In this document: positions 25,137 through 32,000 of the stretch, piece by piece
Layout of the letters: every line of letters starts with the position of its first letter
Position numbering within the stretch: position 1 is the stretch's first letter
Source: an uncultured Alphaproteobacteria bacterium
Lineage (GTDB): Bacteria > Pseudomonadota > Alphaproteobacteria > CAWJRW01
DNA length: 32,000 nucleotides
Reading direction: 5' to 3'
Assembly: GCA_963845385.1 (NCBI GenBank)
Contig: CAWJRW010000006.1
Coordinates: forward strand, 1,142,274-1,174,273
Position numbers and translations under genes: made by a program
The notes under the pieces: generated by a model
The model's database searches: none
The model's input: the letters and a program-made list of their open reading frames with translations, nothing else
Told to the model about the DNA's origin: nothing

Positions 25137-26456
25137 ATGGAAATCCTGACAAGCGTTGTTGCCTTATTGGCGGGCTTCGTGCTGCTCGCCTTTGGCGCCA
25201 ATGCCGTGGTGAGCGTTTGCCTGCAGGCGCTCGGCGGCAGGGGCGCGAGGGTGGGGCTCGCGTTCGGTCTCGCGCTCGTGACCATCGGCTCGATCTTTCC
25301 CGAAGCCTCGCTCATCCTGGGCGCCAAGCGTCTCGAGCAGCTCGTCGAGAACGGCCAGATCTATGTTCCCCTGGTCTCGGGCTCGATCCCCGACAAGGTC
25401 GGCCTGATCGAGAACTCGACGCAGCCCGTGGACCGAACGGCAGAGCCCGCAATCAACAAGCGCGCCATCGACGATCCGGCGCTCGAATCTCTCAAGAACA
25501 CGCTCGTCGGGCGTGTCACCAGCAGCGTCCCGGTCGGACTGATTTTCGGCAGCTCTCTCGTCAATTTGCTTTTGGTCGTCGGCATTGCCGGCCTGCGCTT
25601 CGGCCGGCCGCTGCCCACCAGCAAGCCCGCGCTCATGCGCGACGGCGTCTTTCTCCTTGGCGGCCTTGCCTATGCGGGCATCGTGCTCGCGAAGGTCGAC
25701 CTCGGCATTTCCAACATGCAGCTCGGCGGCGTGGGCATCGCGGCGGCGTTGGTCTATGTGCTCGCCGCCATGACGACGAGCGCACCGGCCGCGGCGCCAG
25801 CAGCGCCGGCCGAAGGCGCGGCGGCGCCGGTATCGCCGCATGCAGCCGCGCTTCCGGCGTCCATCCCCGGCTATCTCTATTTCTTCGGCGGGCTCATTGC
25901 GCTGTGGCAGGGTTCGAGCCTGATCATCAACTTCATTGCCGAACACTTCCTCTGGCTCCATCTCAATTTCAGCGCCGGCAAGGAAGACCTGTTTGCGCCG
26001 CTTGCGCTATTTGGGCTGGCCATCGGCGTCGCGATTCCCGAGCTCGTGGCGGCGTCGATCATCGCGCGGCGCGACGAGCCGGACCTCGCGCTGGCGACCG
26101 TGCTCACCGCGACCGTGCTCAATCTCTTGGGCGGCCTCGGGCTTGCGATCGTGCTCTTCAACGGCTTTCCGAGCTTCGAAAGCACGGCGGGAGTAGTCGC
26201 CAATCCGCTCTCTCAATTCGCCGTCGACTGGCTGCTGCTGGTTGTCGCCGTAGTCTTCGTGATCTTCTTCCTGAGCTCGGGCCGGGAGCTCAGCACGGGC
26301 GAAAGCTTGGTTCTCATTCTTCTGTTCTTGGCCTATGTCGCCATTCGCCTGCCGCTGCCCATGAGCGAGGACTGCGGCACCATCGCCAACTGCGCGTCCC
26401 AGTGGATTGACGGCCTCACGGCACCGGCACCGGAAGCGGGGGCGAGCGGTGCATAG
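25137..26456 (+). CDS. divergent CaCA-family (Na+/Ca2+ exchanger, YrbG-like) membrane protein
   Basis: Start taken at ATG 25137 (MEILTSVVALLAGFVLLAFG) inside ORF 25086..26456. The alpha-1-like repeat is IGSIFPEASLILGA ... FGSSLVNLLLVVG. The alpha-2-like repeat is IGVAIPELVAASIIARRDEPDLALATVLTATVLNLLGGLGLA. There are about 10 hydrophobic helices and a central Pro/Ala-rich loop. Both signature repeats deviate from the usual GSNxxN. Confidence 0.6.
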   Translation: MEILTSVVALLAGFVLLAFGANAVVSVCLQALGGRGARVGLAFGLALVTIGSIFPEASLILGAKRLEQLVENGQIYVPLVSGSIPDKVGLIENSTQPVDRTAEPAINKRAIDDPALESLKNTLVGRVTSSVPVGLIFGSSLVNLLLVVGIAGLRFGRPLPTSKPALMRDGVFLLGGLAYAGIVLAKVDLGISNMQLGGVGIAAALVYVLAAMTTSAPAAAPAAPAEGAAAPVSPHAAALPASIPGYLYFFGGLIALWQGSSLIINFIAEHFLWLHLNFSAGKEDLFAPLALFGLAIGVAIPELVAASIIARRDEPDLALATVLTATVLNLLGGLGLAIVLFNGFPSFESTAGVVANPLSQFAVDWLLLVVAVVFVIFFLSSGRELSTGESLVLILLFLAYVAIRLPLPMSEDCGTIANCASQWIDGLTAPAPEAGASGA

Positions 26457-26582
26457 GCGCTGTGGCGCTCGGTTGAGGGCCCGCCTTTCGCGTGCGGGCG
26501 TACGGGGCGACGCGTCCGCGCCTATGACCGCCTGCGCCGCGATCGCGACACTCATGATCGCTTCGGCGGCGCTTGCGCCCTG

Positions 26583-27353
26583 GTGCCCGGCACGCGCCGC
26601 AATCCGCCGCTGCAATGCACCGAATCGCCTGCCTCCCAATCCGACAATCCCGTGGCGAAATATCAGATGTTCGGGCTCCATCTCGACATGACCGAAGCCG
26701 ACGCGCGGTGCGTCGTGAACGCGCTGGCCTACAGCGCAGACTGCATTGACAACCACGCCGTGCCGGGGCCGGACGACTTTTGCTGGAACTCCTCGATCTA
26801 TCGCGATAACGAGCGGGTGCTCGAGGGTCGCCAGAGCATGGCCTTGCGCAGCGCCCAGCCGAACAAGTGGGCGGCGCTGCTCCGCGTCTATTTCACGGGA
26901 GCCACCGCAACCGCGAGCTCGGACACGCAGCAGAACGTCTCGAAAGTCTATCGCATCGAGTGGATGGTCTATTGGGCCAACGCGGACCTTTGGCTTGCGA
27001 CCGTGCGCGACCGGATGCGCGATCGCGCCATCGGCAATATCGACGGCGCCGGGCTCAAGCTGAAAAAGTCGCGGCGCATTCTCGAACACGGCGCGATCCA
27101 CCATTTCGAGTGGAAGGCCCCCGCCAAGGAGGAGAAGCTCAAGAGCTACATCGCGTTGGACATTTCCTATGAGCCGCAGCTTGCGGTCATCGTTTCGCGC
27201 GGGGAATATGAAGAGGTTTATGCGCCGCGCGTCGCCGCCTTGAAGGCCAACCAGGGTGCCGAGGCGGCCGAGGAAGGCGAGGTTCAGGATTTTCTGTCGA
27301 AACCCAGCGCCGAGGATCCTTGGCTGCCGCTGCCGCAAGGCTTGCCCAAATAG
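26583..27353 (+). CDS. hypothetical protein
   Basis: 256-codon ORF with normal-looking composition (WMVYWANADLWLATVRDRMRDRAIGNIDGAGLKLKK..., acidic C-terminus). I recognise no motif. A signal-peptide-like MTACAAIATLMIASAALAP starts at ATG 26524 in another frame and would join this ORF with a 1-nt shift near 26578-26586. The N-terminus is therefore uncertain. Confidence 0.5.
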   Translation: MPGTRRNPPLQCTESPASQSDNPVAKYQMFGLHLDMTEADARCVVNALAYSADCIDNHAVPGPDDFCWNSSIYRDNERVLEGRQSMALRSAQPNKWAALLRVYFTGATATASSDTQQNVSKVYRIEWMVYWANADLWLATVRDRMRDRAIGNIDGAGLKLKKSRRILEHGAIHHFEWKAPAKEEKLKSYIALDISYEPQLAVIVSRGEYEEVYAPRVAALKANQGAEAAEEGEVQDFLSKPSAEDPWLPLPQGLPK

Positions 27354-27452
27354 GAAGCGATTGACGGAACGCGCACGGCGGCGGCGGTCGGCGCCCGGAC
27401 GTCGCTGCGCCGGCTCGTGGGCCGTTTGGCTCCAGCGAGAACGATTTATCAT

Positions 27453-28373
27453 TCAGCGCACGCGCATGCCCGCCTTCTCGTCCCAATGGAGCCTGCGCTC
27501 GAATTTCGGCAGCGGCGCGTCGGCGGGCCCGATCGTGGCGCCCTCTGTCCAGCTTGCCGGGCAGACCGCGACATAGCGGGCATAGCCGCCCGTGCCGCCC
27601 CGAAACTTCGCAAAGCCCATGGCAACGAGGCAGCCCGTGGGCGCCACCTTGTCCAAGTTGGCGACGCCTTCGGCTTGCGCGTAGCCGTGATGCATGAGCC
27701 AGGCTTCGCCCTCGAGCGTCGGCGTCGTGTCGGTATCGAGCGGCTCATGGCCGTGGAAAAGAATGTGGCGCTTCAAGTGCAGGAATTTCAGCGCGGCGAG
27801 CGACACGCCCGGGAAGACCGGGTTCGTGGCGAGCGCGGGATCGGGCCAGGCCTTCGACCAGTCCGAGCGGACGAACACCACGCTGCCTTCGGGAATCCGG
27901 CCGTGGTCGTTCTCGAATGACTTGATGTCGCGCACTGTGAGCGCGTAGCCGGGATTCTTGGCCACCCGATCGACGATCGAGATCACCACGAGCGGACGGA
28001 CCGCGTAGGTGGCCGGCAATTCGTCGATCGCGGCATATTCGGGCGCCCAATGGGCCGGCGGATCGAGCTGCGTGCCGAGCTGATCGGTCGACAGGTCGTA
28101 ATGCGTCGCTTCGAAGCCATCCTTCTCGTAAGCATAAGCCTTGCCCGTCGCGGGATCGCTTGCGGCCGCGAATTTCGACGGGCCGAAGCCATGCCAGACC
28201 GGACTTGAGGGCTCCATCGCATGAGTGAGATCGATGTACTTCGCGCCCTTCAGCGCGCCGTCGTAGAGCGACCAAAGGCCCTTGTCGTCGGCCGCCCAAC
28301 TCGCGCCGGACGCGCCGAGCGCGAGGCACAGACTGCAAAGAACGCATGCCTTGAACAGGCTCTGCCTCGTCAT
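27453..28373 (-). CDS. secreted cyclase-family protein (kynurenine-formamidase-like fold)
   Basis: Signal peptide MTRQSLFKACVLCSLCLALGASGASWA. Motifs: KYIDLTHAMEPSSPVWHGF, FEATHYDLSTDQLGTQLDPPAHW (His/Asp metal-site pattern of putative cyclases), GSVVFVRSDW, ILFHGHEPLDTD. A GGAGGAAAAGG Shine-Dalgarno lies upstream. Confidence 0.8.
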   Translation of the reverse strand: MTRQSLFKACVLCSLCLALGASGASWAADDKGLWSLYDGALKGAKYIDLTHAMEPSSPVWHGFGPSKFAAASDPATGKAYAYEKDGFEATHYDLSTDQLGTQLDPPAHWAPEYAAIDELPATYAVRPLVVISIVDRVAKNPGYALTVRDIKSFENDHGRIPEGSVVFVRSDWSKAWPDPALATNPVFPGVSLAALKFLHLKRHILFHGHEPLDTDTTPTLEGEAWLMHHGYAQAEGVANLDKVAPTGCLVAMGFAKFRGGTGGYARYVAVCPASWTEGATIGPADAPLPKFERRLHWDEKAGMRVR

Positions 28374-28560
28374 CCTTTTCCTCCTGACATGGCGATGAAC
28401 TTATATTGCGCACATCTCGTGCAAACGGACCGCTCAATTTGGCGAGTCCAAGACGAACGGGGCGTGGGCTACTGCTGCGAGCATCGGTCGGCGAACGGAG
28501 AGAAGCTGAAATTCGACATTCTCTGAAGAAATGGCCGATTTCCGCCAATCCAGCGATCCC

Positions 28561-29262
28561 TTAGACTGCCGTCCCGACGAGGGCGCCGATGCCGGCGGTC
28601 AGCGCCATTGCCAAGGCACCCCAGAAAGTCACGCGCGCCGTGGCTCTGAGAACATTCGCACCACCCGCTCTTGCCCCGATCGCCCCCAGAAGGGCCAGGA
28701 AGCCCAAAGATGCGGCCGAAACAATCGGGACAAGCATGGTCGTCGGTGACACGACAACCATCAGCAGCGGCATCGCCGCGCCAACGGAGAACGTCGCCGC
28801 CGATGTCAGGGCCGCCTGTACCGGGCGCGCCGTGGTGATTTGCGATATCCCCAGCTCGTCACGCGCATGGGCTGCCAAGGCGTCCTTTGCCATCAGCTGC
28901 TCCGCAACTTGACGGGCAAGCTCCGGATCGACGCCGCGCTTCACGTAGATGTCGGCGAGCTCCTTACGCTCGTAGCCGATGTCCGCGCTCAGTTCCTTTC
29001 GTTCGCGTGCCAGATCCGCCTGTTCGGTATCGGACTGCGAGCTGACCGACACATACTCGCCGGCAGCCATCGACATCGCGCCGGCCACAAGGCCCGCGAC
29101 ACCCGCAATCAAAACGCCGCCCGGCGGCGCCGCCGCGGCAGCGACACCGACAATCAAGCTCGCGGTCGAAACGATGCCGTCGTTGGCTCCCAACACCGCC
29201 GCTCTCAACCACCCTATGCGCGAAACGAGGTGGCTTTCCGGGTGCACGCGAAGGCGGCTCAT
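28561..29262 (-). CDS. VIT1/CCC1-family iron/manganese transporter
   Basis: Motifs WLRAAVLGANDGIVSTASLIVGVA and MAAGEYVSVSSQSD, a cytoplasmic acidic helix region (ERKELSADIGYERKELADIYVKRG), RPVQAALTSAATFSVGAAMPLL, and C-terminal TM helices. The 233-aa ORF is intact. Confidence 0.9.
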   Translation of the reverse strand: MSRLRVHPESHLVSRIGWLRAAVLGANDGIVSTASLIVGVAAAAAPPGGVLIAGVAGLVAGAMSMAAGEYVSVSSQSDTEQADLARERKELSADIGYERKELADIYVKRGVDPELARQVAEQLMAKDALAAHARDELGISQITTARPVQAALTSAATFSVGAAMPLLMVVVSPTTMLVPIVSAASLGFLALLGAIGARAGGANVLRATARVTFWGALAMALTAGIGALVGTAV

Positions 29263-29289
29263 AGTTTTCTCCTAATCGCACCTTCGAGG

Positions 29290-29314
29290 CTTGTCACGGT
29301 AGAAACCGTGCAAG
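29290..29314. repeat. 10-bp-arm inverted repeat (hairpin) 28 nt upstream of the VIT1 start, at the cyclase-fragment breakpoint
   Basis: cttgtcacggt (29290-29300) pairs with accgtgcaag (29305-29314) with one bulged T (29294) and an agaa loop. No U-tract follows on either strand. Confidence 0.5.
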
Positions 29315-29489
29315 ACGGGACTGGCGGGCTCCATCGCGTGGGTGAGATCGACGTACTTCGCGTCTTTCAGGGCTTGGTCGTAAAGCGCTCAATTCCCATT
29401 GCCGTCAGCGGCCCAACTCGTGCCCGCAGCACTGAGCATTAGATAAAGCCACCCGCCACGCACATCTTGAACAGACCTTGCCTCGCCAT
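29300..29489 (-). pseudogene. decayed 5' fragment of a second cyclase-family gene (paralogue of 27453..28373)
   Basis: The minus strand from ATG 29487-29489 (GGAGG Shine-Dalgarno upstream) reads MARQGLFKMCVAGGFI*, with the stop at 29439-29441. In a shifted frame it reads SAAGTSWAADGNGN*ALYDQALKDAKYVDLTHAMEPASPVLHGF. This is collinear with MTRQSLFKACV...GASGASWAADDKGLWSLYDGALKGAKYIDLTHAMEPSSPVWHGF of the intact gene. Nucleotide identity is roughly 70-75 percent by eye. Homology stops at about 29302. Confidence 0.7.
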
Positions 29490-29558
29490 CGCTCTTCCTC
29501 CGAAGCTCTTGTCCACGCCTCTAATCCGATCGAGGCCATGCCTGTCGCCCGAAGCCCG

Positions 29559-32000
29559 TTAGAGAGACTGTTCGCTGCGCGGCTTCCTGTAGGAGAGCGT
29601 AGCAAGATCGCCCTGCCCGGCCTGAGCCTGTGATGACCAGAGAGCGGCCCGCATGCGTTCGGCCAGAGCCTCGATGTGGGTCGTGACGCAGGTCGCATGG
29701 TCGCCCGGAACGACAAACACTTCGAGCGACGACCCGAACCCTTTCCAGGCACGGCCGGCAAAGTCCCAGCTCCGGCGGTTTGCGTGGGCGGTAAGACACA
29801 CCAGGCGCGCGCGCGTTGCCCGCGGCAAATGCGCAGCCATGGCACGAAAATATGCATTGGCCTGGGCCTGATAGCGGCGCTCGAGCTCCTCATAGAGCGA
29901 GCCATTTTTTTCCGCATCAAGAGACAGAGAGGCGAGCCCGCCGGATCCTCTGAAGATTGCGTTGAGGCGTTGACCGCTGCGGCGCGCGTTGTTCCACACC
30001 CGCGCCATGAAGGCGCCAAGCCGCCTTTGACGGCGCGCCGGCTCGCGATCGAAAAGCCGAAGAACGCTTCCGGCCAACCAGGCGAGGAGCCAGAACGGCC
30101 GGCGCGCATTGAGCGAAATCGGATCGATCATGATCACGACACTGACGGGCAGGCCCGCGGCCTCTGCTTGACGGGCGAGCTCGAGCGCAATCAGACCGCC
30201 GTTGCAATGACCGCCGAGAGCGATCGGGCCTTTGAAGCCGGCCTCCTTGATGAGCGCGAGATAGGCGCGGGCCATTTCTTCAATGGAGGGAACCGCGCCG
30301 TTCTCGGCCTTAAGTGGCCGCACGTCCCAAAGCGGCTGGTCATAGCCCAATAATGCAGACAGGCGACGGGTGTAATAGCCGCCGGCGAAATTCCCGTCGA
30401 GGAAGAAAAGGGGCGGACGGTCGCCTTTTGGCTGAAGTGGGATCAGATGACGCGTGCGCGCCGCCGCCTCGTTGGAAGCGATGTGGTGGGCCAATTGCCA
30501 GATGGTAGCCGCGTCGAACAATATGTCGTCGTCGAGCCGCTGCCCTGTCAGACGCTCGATTTCGAGCAGCATCTCCGTGGCGAGAAGCGAGTCGCCACCC
30601 AGCTCGAAAAAATCCTCCGTGAGGCCGACGCTCGGACGCTCGAGCAGGCGTGCCCATATTTCCGCGATCTGATGCTCGAGCATGTAGCGCGGCCGCAGAA
30701 CCCGCGTGTCGCCCGCCGCGTCGAGCAACATGTGGGCAAGCTCGGCGCGCCGAACTTTGCCACCTTCGTCTTTCGGCAATGCATCGACAATATGGATTCG
30801 CCTTGGGACTTTGAACGGGGCTAGCACCGTCCCGAGATGCCGGCGGAGCTCGTCCGACGTCGCATGCGCGCCAGCGCAGAGCACAACGGCAGCCGAGACG
30901 TCCTCCCCGAGGCGTGGATGCGGCACGGTGAAGGCCGCGGCCTCCGCCACCGCTGAATGACGCAGCAGCGCCTGATCGATCTCTGTCGGCGCGATCTTTT
31001 CGCCGCCGCGATTGATGAGCTCTTTGAGCCGCCCCGCGAGCGTAAGAAAACCATCCGCGTCGATCACACCGAGATCGCCAGTCCGGAACCAGCCGCCGAC
31101 GAAAGCGGTCTCATTCATGTCCGCATTTTCGAGATATCCCGGCATCAGCCCCGGGCCACGGACGACAATCTCGCCCGCGATGCCAGGCGGCGCCAGTGTG
31201 CCGTCGTCAGCGCGCACGGCAAGCGCGCCCGGCCAGGGTTTGCCGACCGTTCCGAGCTTCCGGCCTTCAGGCGCGACCGAATTTGCGGCCATGACGCCCG
31301 CCTCGCTCAAACCGTAAGCCTCCAACACCGGCACGCCGAAGGCGCTTTCAAGCCCCTCGCGCACCGCGGCCGTCATGGGGGCTCCACCGTTCTGTATGAA
31401 GCGTAGGCAATGACGCGGCACCGCTCCGCCCCGCGCTTGCACGCGCTCCAGTATCGCGCGGTGAAATGTCGGGCCGGCCGAGTACCAAGTGGGCTCCAGA
31501 TCGGCCAGCCACTCGAGGATTTGAAGTCCCGTGGATCGTTCCGGGCAAGCCGTGCTTCCGCCCAGGATGAGAGGCGTGAACAGAAGGGATTTGACGCCAT
31601 GCGCATAATAGAGCGGCACCGCGCAAAGCGCCCGATCCTGCGGCGTGAGCTGGAACCAATGCTGCTGCCGCATCGCCATCGACACGAGGTTGCGATGGCT
31701 CACCGGCACGAGCTTGGGGCGTGCTGTCGTGCCGGAGGTGCGCAGGACGAGCGCGAGAAAGTCGGGATCGTCATGGACATCGTCGGCCGCTTCGGGTTTA
31801 ACCCCGCTCGTTGTGCCCGACGCTAGATCGAGAAAGCCGGACTTGTTCACTGCGGCTTCGAGCACGCGAACACCGTGACGCGTTGCAATGCCGCGCGCGG
31901 CCGCGTCGAACCGGTTCGGGATGACGAGGGCATCGATGCGGAACGTGCAGAATAAGCTATCGAGTTCTGCCGTTGTGAGGCTGGGATTGAGCGGAACGGC
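29559..32000 (-). CDS. NRPS-like adenylation - carrier protein - thioesterase enzyme (5' end outside the window)
   Basis: The frame stays open to position 32000 (AVPLNPSLTTAELDSLF... precedes the GTG at 31865). A-domain cores: LRTSGTTARPKLVPVSHRN, LEAYGLSEAG, GEIVVRGPGLMPGYL, WFRTGDLG, LKELINRGGEKIAP, LPKDEGGKVRR. The PCP motif is FFELGGDSLLA (Ser codon 30588-30590). The TE domain has GGHCNGG (Cys codon 30204-30206), IMIDP and VPGDHAT. The stop is TAA 29559-29561. Confidence 0.9.
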   Translation of the reverse strand, partial: AVPLNPSLTTAELDSLFCTFRIDALVIPNRFDAAARGIATRHGVRVLEAAVNKSGFLDLASGTTSGVKPEAADDVHDDPDFLALVLRTSGTTARPKLVPVSHRNLVSMAMRQQHWFQLTPQDRALCAVPLYYAHGVKSLLFTPLILGGSTACPERSTGLQILEWLADLEPTWYSAGPTFHRAILERVQARGGAVPRHCLRFIQNGGAPMTAAVREGLESAFGVPVLEAYGLSEAGVMAANSVAPEGRKLGTVGKPWPGALAVRADDGTLAPPGIAGEIVVRGPGLMPGYLENADMNETAFVGGWFRTGDLGVIDADGFLTLAGRLKELINRGGEKIAPTEIDQALLRHSAVAEAAAFTVPHPRLGEDVSAAVVLCAGAHATSDELRRHLGTVLAPFKVPRRIHIVDALPKDEGGKVRRAELAHMLLDAAGDTRVLRPRYMLEHQIAEIWARLLERPSVGLTEDFFELGGDSLLATEMLLEIERLTGQRLDDDILFDAATIWQLAHHIASNEAAARTRHLIPLQPKGDRPPLFFLDGNFAGGYYTRRLSALLGYDQPLWDVRPLKAENGAVPSIEEMARAYLALIKEAGFKGPIALGGHCNGGLIALELARQAEAAGLPVSVVIMIDPISLNARRPFWLLAWLAGSVLRLFDREPARRQRRLGAFMARVWNNARRSGQRLNAIFRGSGGLASLSLDAEKNGSLYEELERRYQAQANAYFRAMAAHLPRATRARLVCLTAHANRRSWDFAGRAWKGFGSSLEVFVVPGDHATCVTTHIEALAERMRAALWSSQAQAGQGDLATLSYRKPRSEQSL

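Noticed and set aside
29405-30109. 234-aa minus-strand ORF overlapping the TE domain region and the cyclase fragment
   Set aside because: It is in a different frame from the well-supported NRPS-like ORF, it is Arg/Ala/Gly/Ser-rich, and it spans an intergenic region. I consider it spurious.

Overview
This is a GC-rich window with GC3-biased codons. Gene content and synteny look alphaproteobacterial (Rhizobiales-like). I count about 24 protein-coding genes and found no rRNA, tRNA, CRISPR array, IS element or integrase by eye.

Left block: housekeeping genes leuA(-), smpB(-) and dapA(-), with a divergent soluble lytic transglycosylase (+). Next come a secreted hypothetical protein, an RND pump plus periplasmic adaptor operon with a divergent TetR regulator, a cytochrome b / molybdopterin-oxidoreductase pair, and an MFS transporter.

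Centre (16.0-21.9 kb): a co-directional three-gene island. Gene 1 is a 2TM channel-like TrkA_N-RyR protein with a C-terminal SLOG-like domain. Gene 2 is a membrane-anchored TIR protein with a periplasmic peptidoglycan-binding domain. Gene 3 is a SLOG plus double SLATT-like membrane protein. This island is my best candidate for an undescribed TIR / nucleotide-signal conflict system.

Right block: secreted beta-helix and Sel1/PG-binding proteins, a divergent CaCA-like exchanger, a hypothetical protein, a secreted cyclase-family protein, a VIT1/CCC1 transporter flanked by a decayed cyclase paralogue fragment, and a partial NRPS-like A-PCP-TE gene with a Cys thioesterase nucleophile.

The sequence carries at least a dozen apparent 1-nt indels, several in compensating pairs, including in the essential genes smpB and dapA. 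Assembly error must be excluded before any pseudogene interpretation. All domain calls come from motif recognition by eye; no database search was run.
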